Assembly (NCBI RefSeq): GCF_902652985.1
Contig: NC_047025.1
Span: 33,108,001 to 33,172,000, forward strand
DNA: 64,000 nt
DNA from: Pecten maximus
Lineage: Eukaryota
Direction of reading: 5' to 3'
Each line of letters opens with the position of its first letter. The stretch's first letter is position 1. A program made the position numbers and the translations under genes. Below, in pieces: positions 14,401-26,299 of this stretch. The notes beneath the pieces were generated by a model that worked only from the letters and a program-made list of their open reading frames with translations, was not told the DNA's origin and did not search any database.

Positions 14401-16249
14401 CTTTCATTTGAGCACAATGAATTTCAAACTTCTCTTGAAGTGGTACTACTTTATCTACATCCGAGTCTTGAAACGTCAACGTGTTAAATACCTCAGCACC
14501 TTCCTTGCCGACCACGTGGAGCAACAGTGCATATATTGCAGTTTTCCCATTTTTTTGTCGGATTCCCTAGCTTCCAGGTAGAACTGGCACTTTTGTTTCC
14601 ATCTTCTTTAGTTTTCTGCTACACTGTCATCAAAGCCTTAATGCAACAGTGGTTTTACATCTCCATTCTGACACCATGTCATGTTGTGTTATACCAAAAG
14701 TTAAAACCAGAACACTGCCCATCTTAGAACAATGTGTATTCAATGACAATGTACTTGAAGTGAAGAAATCAATAAATCATGAAATCATATCTATGGAACG
14801 GAATTCAAGTAAATATTACACTATCCGTTATTGCATTCTTGTGTGCAACATTGTGTTATGCGAATTGAACCTTATCATTTCCTTTATTATCATTCATGTA
14901 TTCAGTGTTAAGATTGCATATTGCAGTTTGATTATTCCAGTCGTCAACATTGTCATTTCGAGTTTGCATTGCGCAAAGCGGTATTCGCTAGGTCAACATT
15001 CAGTATTGCATTATCTGCATTCGCGTTTACTTTGTGATTGTTGGCGATCTCATTCTTTAGTTCTTCATTATGCAGTATGGGTGTGCTGCGGTGTTTTATG
15101 CTATTCGGAATTCATCGGACTTTGCCGCAGTAATCGAAGCATCCGGTAATAGAATAGCGCTTCGCAAAATTTTAAGTGAAGTCATTTCTCGTTTATCGGT
15201 TACTTTTGCCTAAAATAACTGACTAATTGTAGCATACACAGGCACTAGGTAATTAATTCAGACAATTTCAGTGTTTTGGTGATGTTGACTTGACATAATA
15301 TGACAACAGGGACATGTCTAGTCTATATTAAACTAGCCAGAAATACCTAGACTATATATAAAGACAAAGTTTGCACATAAGAGAGTTACTAAAGAAGGTG
15401 AGTTTTAAGCATTTAACATTCCAGATTACTGTTTGTATAATTATGACTCAAATATGTTATTTTCATTTGTGAACTGCAATATGCAATCTTAACACTGAAT
15501 ACATGAATGATAATAAAGGAAATGATAATTAAGGTTCAATTCGCATAACACAATGTTAATGTTGCACACAAGAATGCAATAACGGATAGTGTAATATTTA
15601 CTTGAATTCCGTTCCATACATATCTTTTCCACTCACCATATCGACAAGACTACCAAATTCATCCAATTTCGTCAGCATATCTTCAATGGTTTCACCAAAT
15701 TTATTTTTCTGTAAAAAGATGTTAAAACATGTTTTATTGCTAAACAATAGAACCCCCCTCCGCCAACACGCAGCCTTAGGTTGAATTGAAATCCCCGTGT
15801 CTCACTCCCCAGGGGGTGCTTATTTCTCTCTTACTCTTTTTACTCTCTATAACCGTTACTGAGTATATCTAATACTGACGTTACGTCAATGCACGAAAAT
15901 GCTGATGTGACATGATTGAATTATCGTGACATCATTGTATTGATGCTTTGACATCATATGTCTCATGTTACTACTGATTACTGATTCGTCGAGTCGGTGC
16001 AGTGTTACGCCACTGCCGTATGTCTTTACTCAGTCCACTGTCTGATTACAGTAGGCTAAATTTGCTGTGTGATACAGTAACATGAGATAAAACAATCCGG
16101 AGGATTACCTCTTTAGACGCATCGATTTCAAGATAACTCGAATAATCCTTCGATAATCTCTCCAACATATCTACCACTTCTTCTTTACCATTAACTTCTT
16201 TTTCAGACTCTGCATTATCTATCAAAGTTCCATTGCGATCGGCGTCCAT
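11405..16249 (-). CDS. BLOC1S4: Biogenesis of lysosome-related organelles complex 1 subunit 4 (cappuccino), 5 exons, 201 aa
   Basis: Exons (minus strand) 16249-16109, 15708-15637, 12788-12687, 12543-12424 and 11575-11405, all with GT-AG phase-0 introns. Translation MDADRNG...IEDMLTKLDEFGSLVDM/IRSDSTLCLTSTLPKIQGKQAEIQAIFDKIDKLE/AFVSVVRDNIGTMEECVNKAEDEMG.../...FTPPEIFRTEGYFP matches BLOC1S4/BCAS4 family motifs (LDEF..DM.R.DS, IDKLEAFV, PxLFRTEDYF). Confidence 0.93.
11610..11770. repeat. ~54-bp tandem repeat (3 copies) in BLOC1S4 intron 4
   Basis: aattc(c)aacctct(t)..aacaaagcaaaata recurs three times. Confidence 0.7.
13356..13528 (-). mobile_element. tRNA-derived SINE with V-type central domain (internally deleted, tail truncated)
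   Basis: The minus strand reads GGGGCCGCGGTTGCAGAGTGGTTAAGG (A box)...GAGTTCGAAACC (B box)...GGTGGTTTTTCTCCAGGTACTCCGGCTTTC (V-domain-like)...GTCCTTAAATGACCCTGGCT. A second copy lies at 27601-27766. Confidence 0.85.
14000..15305 (-). mobile_element. Decayed, 3'-truncated Gypsy/Ty3 LTR retrotransposon (5' LTR, PBS, gag, protease) in BLOC1S4 intron 2
   Basis: LTR 14677-15305 has inverted termini tgtcatgttgtg/cataatatgaca. The adjacent PBS TGGTGTCAGAATGG (14663-14676, minus) is complementary to the 3' end of tRNA-Leu. Broken gag (RRWKQKCQFYLEA..LLLHVVGKEGAEVFNTL), zinc knuckle remnants (CGKCG..CPA*GKTC) and the aspartic protease motif LKFDTGAEANVLP near 14005-14045. Confidence 0.85.
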
Positions 16250-16470
16250 TTTGTTCAACCTGTGACCAATCATATACGCCTCCATACGAAAGAGTTCCAA
16301 TGGATACCTTACTTTCACTTTCGTTTTACCGAAAAAATCGATACAACAGAATATGTCTTTAATTGGTTAAAAGGCTCAATCCATACGTGCATGTGTATAT
16401 TTTTTCGCATTGGGCATATGGAAAAACGCTGAGCAAATATAAACATATCCGCTTGTTACTAGCAAACGCC

Positions 16471-16671
16471 CACAGGGGCTCGTTTTCTGATTTCTGAGCA
16501 ACATATGACATCAGTAAACAACCACAACAATCTAAATTAACCTTATAAAAAAATCGGGTTATCGATGTATAATTTTTTTATACATCGATAACCCCGATTT
16601 TTTATTGATTACTGATGTCATATACATGTATTACTCATGCAGAAACCCGAAACCAATTTTAAGCCCCTGTG
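16471..16671. mobile_element. Palindromic MITE (CACAGGGGCT termini) upstream of BLOC1S4
   Basis: Termini cacaggggct/agcccctgtg. Internal inverted arms atatgacatcagtaa/ttactgatgtcatat and aaaatcggg(g)ttatcgatgtataa/ttatacatcgataaccccgattttt. No TSD is evident. Confidence 0.75.
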
Positions 16672-16733
16672 TTTGGTAGGGCAACACATCTGTGTGATCA
16701 AGTCAACACGTCTATGTAATCAAGATAATGACT

Positions 16734-16888
16734 GTGTAATCAGGGCAACAACAACACATTTTCCGTGTGACCATGGCCAGGACAACGACAATTTATTGTT
16801 GGTGTAATCAGGGCAACAACAACACATTTTCCGTGTGACCATGGCCAGGACAACGGCAATTTATTGTTGGTGTAATCAGGGCAACACA
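16734..16888. repeat. 68-bp tandem duplication (2.3 copies)
   Basis: tgtaatcagggcaacaacaacacattttccgtgtgaccatggccaggacaacg.caatttattgttgg at 16735 and 16803, with a partial copy at 16871. Confidence 0.9.
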
Positions 16889-18782
16889 AATTTTCTTTGG
16901 ATTTTTATTACAAAACAAATTGATGAAAAATGATTCAATATTGTAATAAGTAATCCAATATTAAGGATGATAGGTAGATAGTATTTCAGCAAATCTGAAA
17001 AAGAAAATCATCCAAGAGAACTTGGCACAACATATATATGCCAAATTCTTCAAATTATCAAAATATAATAACCATGCGGCTGATGCCACTGGAGATTAAA
17101 CAATCAAATACATGTATAATTGAATTATTTATTAATTGACAATACTGGCACACATACAAAATATTCATGAAATCATATCCACAAATGTTGTACATACATG
17201 CACTTGTGCATTGTTGAATTGTTTCCAGAACTCTTTATTCAACAAATATAGTGAACATTGACATGAAGAGATATATAGTTCCACTATATTCAAGGGGTTG
17301 ATAATTTATCATGAAAATAAAATCAATAGACAAAGTTATCATTCATTTCATAACTTCTCTGAATAGCATCCTTTTTGTTCCATGCTTGACAAACCACCAA
17401 AATTTTCACCAATAATAAAAAAAACAAAACAAAAAAAACATACATCATCAAATCAGAGAGCTATAATAGATATTGTTAAAAATTCTATAGCAAAGCTAGC
17501 AAAAAAGTCCATTTCATAGAGTTTTAATTACAATAAAGAAGTTAGAAATTTGAACAGAAAACTTCTGTTTTGCAAAATAAAAATAAACCACTAATCTTCA
17601 GAATATAAATCAAGTTGTTTCGATATAGGGAATTTGGCCGAAAAGAAGTCTGAAGATACAGTGTAAAAGTTGGAATGAAGAGTCTACAAATTGTATTGAC
17701 TAGAACTATTTCAAACATACATAATAATACAAAACAAACTTATACTAATGATTGTGGTATACTATACATCTTTAGTCTCTACTTCGCCTGTTGATGATGA
17801 AAAGTCTTTCTGATTGATCCTTTCTTTCTGGCTTGTACTTTCCAAATGATTAAAAGATCATTGAAAATAGATCTTTGTTACAAATCATGCTTTTATCTTT
17901 ATTACAATCTGACAAGCCGTGACTGGCGAAACCGGTCGGCAAATAATTAAAGTCTAATCATTTACCTAAAGTTTTGAAGCTGTTGAATGTTGAGCTACAC
18001 TCCTTCCTTATGTCTTCGTTATGGAACTGATGTTATAATATGACAGTCAGTGGTCTTAACACATCATGTTTACTATGGACAGTATTTTTGAAAAATCCCA
18101 AAATAGTGATAACATTTCATAACCAAGAAATGTCCATTTTCTAATGTACCTCCGTCAAATCTGAAAACACACTACCAAGTTCATCTATGTTGAAAATATG
18201 CATTGTTGCACTGATCAGGCCTACAATCAGAAACCTTCAGATTACTTGAGATGAAATCTTACATTATACTGTTGAATAAAACACCAAGGTTAATACTTAT
18301 TCTCTAACTGTCTCACAGCAAACGATGGAGGTAGGTACTTATTTATAAGCCATGTTTTCCCCTATTATATCATATAAATTTAGATAGATTTAACTCTTTG
18401 AGAACCACAACATACTGGAAGATAATAAATATAAATCTTGATATTGATTTAAATACATGTATTATGGATATCTGTAGACTTGTAGTGTTGAAGTGTACCA
18501 GTTAACAGACTCGCCAACTGTCATCTTAAACCAGTTATATCTGAGCCGTTAAGATTGATTCCATCTACTCCCCACAAAAATATTAAGATCTTGTAAACAG
18601 ACAGAAGGTAATTCAATAGATATCAGATTAAGTGTAAAGAATACACAGAGGCCTTGGTCAGATCTACACAACATTCTAGTACAATGGAATCATCGTTCAT
18701 GCTTCCGATACTTGTTTTAATATATAGGCATCATTTTATGGTCTAATATTTCAACTGACAACTTATTCTGATTGCACACTTG

Positions 18783-19794
18783 TTACTGGTTAACCATCAG
18801 ACAGCTGACCTGAGCCAGATCCTGTATGGTAGCACTACTAGTCTGGTCACTGTTTAGGATCACAGGGTTTAAAGTGACTGGCTGGCCTGAGAGGATCAGC
18901 ATTCCGTTCTCTACATTGGTGGTCCCATCTACCCCCTTTAGGGACCCTAACGAGTCTGTTATATCAACCACATTGTCAGCAGACATTACATCTGTAATAG
19001 TCTCTGTGGCACCCACCACATTTTCAGCAGCTGAAGCAGGCATGTGAAACGTGATCGTATGTGTAGTTACTCCATCTTTGATATCTGATGACATTATAGA
19101 TGTTTCTACGCCATTCAAGATCTGTGGTGTTTCATTGTTGGTTTGTTCAGAATTCTGTGAAGAAATGGCATTTAGGGCTGATAGAACTAGCTGTGCAGCA
19201 GATAAGTCAGAAGGTACTAGGCCTTCATAACTAGACAGTCTTGTTAAATCCTCCTCACTAATCTGAGTCTCTCCAGATTCTGAAGTCTGAATCTGCATCT
19301 GAAGCTGATTATCTACCATTCTGCTCATTGGAACTTCAACCACATGCTCCTCAACAGTTTGACCCTCAATTTGACCTAAACCCTGGAAATTCAGAGTCTC
19401 ACCAAATTTCATATTGGTTGCACCTTGCACTGTGACCTTTTCCATTTTTGCTCCTTGCTGGAATTGTGAACTGATTGCCGGTTGCTGTATAATAATGTGT
19501 GGACGTGTTTGTTGTGGAAGGGGTGGAGCATTTTCAATAATCAAACCATTTTTATGGTCTTCCATATGACCTTTAAAGCTAACCTCATTGACAGTACGGA
19601 ATGTGCAAATGTCACAGCAGAAGACACCAATATTGCCTCCTGGGTGTTTATTCTTCATATGCATCTTAATGGAAATAGCCTGTATACATGAATATCCACA
19701 AAACTGACACTTATAAGGTTTCTGGCCAGAATGTCGCATCTTGTGACGACGCAGGGAATTGTGGTCACCCGTCACATACTGACAGTTGTCACAC
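18783..19794 (-). CDS. C2H2 zinc-finger protein, last coding exon (3 fingers + acidic/Ser-Thr-rich tail)
   Basis: Acceptor ttgtag ending at 19795. Completes the codon AA|G (K) of TGEKPFK-CDNCQY..H..RH, followed by SGQKPYKCQFCGY and CDICTF fingers. TAA at 18785-18783. Confidence 0.9.
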
Positions 19795-20223
19795 CTACAA
19801 CAAAACAATGCTATTGTATGACATTGTAAACAAACAACATATACAATATAAAACAGTAGTAGTTGAAAAAACTCAAGTATAATGTGAAAAAATCAAAATG
19901 AAATACTGTACCAAGGTTTATCAATTACCGGTAAATGTCGAATAATACTAATTATTAGACTAATTCCTGACATATGTGCATATTGTAGTTGATCGATCTA
20001 TGAAATGTAACTGTTTTAGATGACACTTTTAATGCTAACTCTTAGTAGTCTCTACAAATTAAATTTTGGATGTCCTTAAGCTTGTATATGAATTCATTTC
20101 CATTATGCCATTGTGAATTGCCTACAGTACATATTTGAAGTTCAAATCTTTAAAAGCGCCTAATATTACCCAAGATATGTTTGGTTAGGTTTTAGACGAT
20201 CCACTGTATCAATTTTAACTTAC

Positions 20224-21887
20224 TTAAATGGTTTCTCGCCGGTATGAGTCCTGATGTGGAGCTCCATCATGGCCTTACGTGCAGCAGTGTGACCACAGTA
20301 GGGGCAAACATATGGCTTAATCTTACTGTGTACAGCCTCAATATGCTTGATAAGGCACTTCTGGTTGGCATACTGGCGTTTACAGATGTGACATTCCTTA
20401 CGGCGATACCATTTCTTTGGATCATCATCCTGGTGTTCTCCATGAATGGTCTGATGGTTTTTCATCTGGCAGAACTGTTTGAAGCCCTTACCGCAGATGT
20501 CACAAGTGTAGGGCCGGTCAACACTGTGAATCTCCTTGTGGATCATCAAGCGACTCATGGTGTCGGTTTTAAATTTTTCACAAATATCACAAGTCAGCAG
20601 GTCTGTATCAATTTCATGAACCTTCCACAGGTGCATACGAATCTGTTTCCATGTCTCATTTGTCTTATCACATTCTGGACATTTAAATTCAAAAACATCA
20701 GTCATGTGACATTTTAAATGCACCTGGAGTGCCTCCTTTGTCCTGAACTTTGAACTACAACCAAGCTCGTCACATTTCAGTTTAAACCCTTGCATAACTT
20801 TAGGTTTTTCTTTTACTTTACTTTTACCAAGATAATAATCTTCCTTTAGAGCCCTTGGAGGTCGGATCTTTCTACGAGACCGACTGGCACGTGGCCTATA
20901 CTCTTCTTGATCATCCCAATCCAGGTCTGGGTCCGAGTCCAGCGCATAAGGTGGTGATGAGGACGTGGACTTTGTTACTGTTTTTCGTTTCTTGCCACGT
21001 CTCGAAGTCTCCACCTGAGTTCCCACACTCACACGATGTGAAAGCTCACTTTCCTCCTCCACTCTGTTAGTGATCTCAGAGTGTTCTTCCATCATGTGGG
21101 CACGACACTCATCAATACTATTAAATCCGATACTACACTGGCCACACAGAAATAATTCCCTTGTGATGGGAGCTGACTTCTGATGGGTGGCATCAGTCAG
21201 TATCAACGATTCAGACTCCAAAGGAATTTCTATTGCAGTCTGGGATTCCCCTGTTGTCATGACAGGCTGCGTGTTGCTTTGGACCTGTGGAAAAGTCTGT
21301 TCAATGATGGTAGGATCAGTGGTGAAACTTTCTTCATCCTGCTCTTCCTCATGGACGGTGACAAAGTGAGTTATATTTGTATCATCATTGGAGTTGCTTT
21401 TCTCAGACAATGTACCATCATCAACATCGCCATTGTTGTCAGGCAGTCTTGATGACAGTTGTAAGATGGCATCAGCTGTTGTTGTTTCCATAGACAGTGG
21501 TAAGACAGAAACAGCTGACGTTTCCATATCAACAAAATTAGTCATTACTGGTGTCATTTGGTTAGTGACAGTTTGCTCAGACACATCCTGTACACCATTA
21601 ACATTTGCATCTGGAAAAATGCTGGTAGTGGTTACATTGTTCTCTGTATCCTTTGTATCTTTAGCCTCAGTTGTGTTGCTGGCTGTCCCTTGTGACATAA
21701 ACTCGGCTTGTGTAACGTGGACCTGGCGGATGTGGAGGCCAATTGTCTGTGGTGCTGTGCTGGTGAAGGCACAGAAGCGACACTTATAAGTGGTCACAAT
21801 ATCCATGTAGTTGGACAGGTCCATGCTAGCCTGCTGCTCCTGTTGTTGTCGCAAGGTCATTGTGTTAGCTGGCAGCTCTGTTGTCAT
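20224..21887 (-). CDS. C2H2 zinc-finger protein, first coding exon (joined to 19794-18783; ~891 aa in total)
   Basis: ATG at 21887 (gccacgATG). Isolated N-terminal fingers (YKCRFC..HIRQVH; FLCGQC..HMMEEH), then a tandem array ending HTGEKPF. Donor gtaagt at 20223-20218 (phase 2); exon acceptor tttcag ending at 21921. Confidence 0.9.
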
Positions 21888-22829
21888 CGTGGCTAAAGTT
21901 ATATGTCCATATGAATGTAACTGAAAGTAAACAAAAACAAGTGAAACACAACTAATGGAAAATTTTCTATATCAAAAGCATTGAATATTCAGATCATTGT
22001 TATTTTACTGAAAATTTTCTATATCAAAAGCATGGAATATTAAGATAATTGATATATTTTACTGAAAATTTTCTAAATTTAAAACCTATCACATTTCTTC
22101 CCATTTTAAATCCTAACTTCCCAGTCAGCTCCAACCCAAGTTACTATCAAATTGTGTGTATGTATTTAATTGATCTGTATAAAGCAATGGAATCAATTCT
22201 GTACTTGTAAGAATATTTATACTTTTGTATTTACTTTAAGCTAGCAAATATAAGTGTAATAGGAGAGGAAAAATGTAACAACCAGACAGAGACTTGAACG
22301 CGGGACCTTTCAGGCAGAGTATTTTTAATTGCTGGTTCCTATTGCATAAGAATGCTAAGATGCTATGTATATTTCTGCTTTTAACTTGAAAATTTTATTT
22401 GCAATTCATTCATGAACAGTTATGTTAAAAGTCCAGTTACTGATATTAATTGTTTTACAATTTATTTCTAAATTGTATAATCATAAGTTACAAAATGTAT
22501 GGTATCTATGATTCATAAAGATAACACTTGTTCACATGATCACTACTTCTGCATTTCTGATATACTGGAGTTAGTTCCCTTTGTTCTTTATCATTTGCAG
22601 GTCTATACATCAAAATTTGGTTGAATCCAGGAACAGTTTTATAAATACATGCTTTATTGTAAAGGAATTCCCGAACCTACTGTATACATTGTGTATTTGT
22701 AATACTATAACTCAAACTTCTGGTCACTATGGGAAAAAATCCAATAAAAAACACACTACTTTTAACATTGGCAATATTGTAATATTCACTGTGAGGAGAC
22801 CGTCAAACTTCTGGGAGTTAATATAGACT

Positions 22830-23400
22830 CCTAAATTTTGATCCATTTATATGTCAAAAACATTTGTTTGAAAGCATCTAGGCTGATATTAAAATGTACT
22901 TGGGTGCCTCGGAAAGAATCTTACCCAAGAGGGGCACAGGGCCATTTATCAAACCTTTAACCTGTCAAGTTAAAATTTTCGTCCTTTGGTTTGGCATTTT
23001 TACTCAAAATCAAATACCCTGAAGTCCAAAAGAAATCTGTTACAGAGCATTAAAACTTGTAAATCAAGAGTTCAACTGAAGCTATGAGACTCCTTGAAAA
23101 GGGAAATTGTTCTACCCTACATATCAACAGGATTAGACTTGTAACAACAGTAACTTTTTCACAAGATTTCATACATGACAAAACCTCAAATTATTCTTTT
23201 AGATACATTACACTTTTTGATGTTCCAAAAGTCAAGACTGTTAAGTATGGGACAAACAGTTTAGTGTTTCGCTGCTACAACTTAATATTGGAGCCCTACT
23301 TGACCATGATGACAGGAAATTAAAGCTACCTCTTTTAATGATTTTAAAAAACTCATATTAAAATTGAATGGAAACAAATGTAGATGCACAGTGTGCCGAT
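22830..23400 (+). mobile_element. Degenerate CR1-type LINE 3' fragment
   Basis: The remnant peptide NYSFRYITLFDVPKVKTVKYGTNSL resembles CR1 ORF2 C-termini. Many frame disruptions. Confidence 0.5.
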
Positions 23401-23671
23401 AGAGGCTGTAGTTTCAATCATCACATATATATCCAAAACAAACTGTGATTACCTCCCTTACCTGTGATATTCTGAGTGCTATACTTAATTAGACCTATCC
23501 TAAAATTTTCTAATTTATAACATTAAATCTTTCAGTGATAGTGGTAATAAAATGATAGTTCATATGTATTACCTATAATTGTATGATTAAATTAAACTTT
23601 ATTTAAAATTTGCTGTTATATGACTGTAATATTATTATTTCTTTCTAATGGAAGATGGCTGCATGTGTATG

Positions 23672-23907
23672 CACAGGCATTTGAAGTTCTGACTTTAAAC
23701 TGATATTATATAATACCATACAAAAAATAAGGGTATTTACTATAAAAAAAATTTTTTTAAATGATATTGTAAATCGTATATTTTTCCCGATTTAATGATT
23801 GTTGTCATCGGAGGCGTTGCATACCTGTTCTTTTTTTTATAGTAAATACCCTTATTTTTTGTATGGTATTATATATCAGTTTACAGTCGGAACTTCAAAC
23901 GCCTGTG
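23672..23907. mobile_element. MITE with ~80-bp TIRs (CACAGGC termini), P-superfamily-like
   Basis: cacaggcatttgaagttctgact...aagggtatttactataaaaaa is mirrored by ttttttatagtaaatacccctt-like arm ...gtcggaacttcaaacgcctgtg. Flanks GTGTATG / GTGTATT (7-bp TSD, 1 mismatch). Confidence 0.8.
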
Positions 23908-23921
23908 GTGTATTCTTGTAG

Positions 23922-23954
23922 CAGAGACTTGTATATCAGGTATATACGTCTCTG
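23922..23954. mobile_element. 33-bp two-TIR remnant between perfect 7-bp direct repeats (probable P-type excision footprint)
   Basis: CTTGTAG-[CAGAGACTTGTATATCAGGTATATACGTCTCTG]-CTTGTAG. Confidence 0.65.
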
Positions 23955-24171
23955 CTTGTAGGTAGGGGACTCCCAATTACCTGTGATAAGGCCTGTGATA
24001 ATTCTAACAGCATAAACATATTATTATTATATTTAATGTAAGTGGTGGCAACCATAGTAGACATCGCTGGTAGTGGGATCCCGAACCCTTAGAAAACTCT
24101 GCCTGTGTCGACATAACTTTGTCAAAATGAAATGTTGATTTTGAGATCTGTATGTTTGTGTTGCCTTTTAC

Positions 24172-24335
24172 CTGAAATTACATTATTACAAACTGTTACT
24201 AGATCTAACATTATTTCACCACTCTCGAACATGCTTGTATAGTATGTGTTTGTAAATCACGTTTTTTATTATCATCATTTTCATGTTATATAGTTGGTTG
24301 TAAAAGCCTGAACGGCTTCCGCTGCCGTGTTTTAT
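24172..24335 (-). promoter_or_regulatory. Probable non-coding first exon/promoter of the zinc-finger gene
   Basis: Donor CAG|gtaaaag at 24172/24171 (minus). ETS-like GCGGAAG at ~24316-24322 and local CpG enrichment. Confidence 0.45.
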
Positions 24336-24958
24336 TATACATGTGCTGCTACTTATACATAAAGTTCACTTGACTTGAACCCTGGGATAATTATATGCAG
24401 TGCAAAAAATACAGTACGCACCGAATGTTCTATTCTCGAGTCCCTTTCAAACGAAATTTGGAAAATAAAGCATCGAATAATACATTGACATTGGTGTTGA
24501 TAGTTAAGTTGACACCAAAAATATCTTATTTGGATAATGATATGATCATTTAACCTGTGTCCTCTGTGTAGCATGCCGAAATCCAGCAAAAAGCTTTTCT
24601 TCGTGACTATCTCTTCGTCCTTGCAACTCTTTTGTAACACGTTCTCCGATTGGTCCGAGGTAACTTTGACAAGGGAGGTAATTCAATGGACATATCGCGC
24701 GAAATCTTCAAAAATGATCGAAGTATTGACCAATGTGAAAATTGTGCATTATATAGTCTATGTATTTGTAATGCGTTTAAAAGATACGTAAAGTATCGTA
24801 ATAATAGGCAAAAAGTATATAAATGTCGAAACATAACATTAATATTCCGCTATGTCGTTATTAATCCCCCCTTCTGCAGTCCTTGGCCGCCCTCGGCCGC
24901 CCTCTCATTCTCAAATATGCGAGAAATTAATTATTGCTCATAAAACGGTTTTCTTTTA

Positions 24959-25753
24959 ATGTAAACTTTATTTTATTCATTCATTGGTAACACATGAAAA
25001 GTAGACACAATCAGAAAAAAATACAGCATGAAATGGATTCAGAAACAAGTTTTTTAAAACTTATATTAATCCGTCTCCGTTAATGACTCATCAATTTAGC
25101 ATGGTAACAAAGTGGGAGAATGAATATGAATATTGAAATAACTCTATATTGGAAAGAGACAGGTAGTGGGAAATGATAAGATGAGAAGGGAAAGAGAAAG
25201 AGGGAGACTGCCGATACCATTGTTCATTTAAAAAGAACTGCATGCTGATACAACTGTGAAAACGATAAATACAGAGTTGAAACGTGGAATTAATCGAATC
25301 TCTTGGAGCTGATAATGAATTGTTGCACACATTTAAAAATCAAGGAATTTTCGTCAAAAGTTAAGTTGTTGCTGCCAAAAAGTAATATTTCTGTCGAAAT
25401 AGGATGATTTAGGGCAAAGAGGGAACGATTTCGAAGGTCGGAAAAAAGTCTACAATGTAATAAAAAATGTTCGTTAGTTTCATCAACTTGACAGTAGGAG
25501 CAAAGTGGACTATTTACCAGATTCCTACGAAACAAATAATATTTTAGTGAACTGCACTCCATCCTCAATCTTGCATGGTGAATCTGACCCAATCTACTGC
25601 CGATAAGAAAATATGGTGGGACTTTAAGATTTTGTGCGTTTAGATGATATTTTAGTTTTGTTATTGAGGGACTGGTTTTTATTCCATCAGGAAGTGCATT
25701 CCAAAGACTAATTACAGATGGCAGAAAGGATTTCATGAAAAGGCTTGTGCGAC
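24959..25753 (-). mobile_element. 5'-truncated CR1-type LINE (ORF2 C-terminus + 3' UTR) with a 13-bp TSD
   Basis: ORF 25736-25290 SFLPSVISLWNALP...HARLRMECSSL...CSYC..ETNEHFLLHC. Flanked by CGGTTTTCTTTTA at 24946-24958 and 25754-25766. Confidence 0.85.
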
Positions 25754-26299
25754 CGGTTTTCTTTTACTTTCCTGCGACGATTAAAAATTGAAAAGCATTT
25801 GTGCAAAATTTTGTCACATAGATCTAGGTTGTTAAAATATAACATTGATATATATATAGAACTGATGTAAAGATTTATTTAAAAAATACGTCGACTGTCA
25901 CATTTATAAATGCGACACTCAAGGTATTAATTCTAATAGAAATAGAAACTCTTAATTTAGGGTTAATGCCTTGTAAAGAGTTACTTTCTTGTTTTTATTG
26001 CATCATAAGTATCAAAAACTTATTTTAAACAAATGAAATATCAGTAACTTTTAATACGGCGATTGATCATTTTCTTGGGACATTATAAAACTATGCACTT
26101 CTAAAAACGTAAAATTGTTTGATAACACTTGTCTTTAATGCAATATACGATATGCATCGTACTTTGACCACAGCATCTTAGTTTTTGGACGAAACTTAAA
26201 TTACAGCATTATATGTATAGTTGATCTTATAGTCTATTAATAATATTATATATATCTGTATACCATTGCTGAACGGTGTTGAGATTGTAGTAAATGAGT

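Noticed and set aside
14649-15149. 166-aa hydrophobic ORF
   Set aside because: Lies across the Gypsy LTR in antisense orientation and has no recognisable domain.
16250-16318. Longer N-terminus for BLOC1S4 from upstream in-frame starts
   Set aside because: aaaATGG at 16249 has the best Kozak context and the upstream sequence looks like promoter/UTR. This cannot be fully excluded.
18783-21887. Assigning a gene symbol (e.g. ZNF335/ZNF407/ZFAT-like) to the zinc-finger gene
   Set aside because: The finger style is similar, but I cannot establish orthology without a search.
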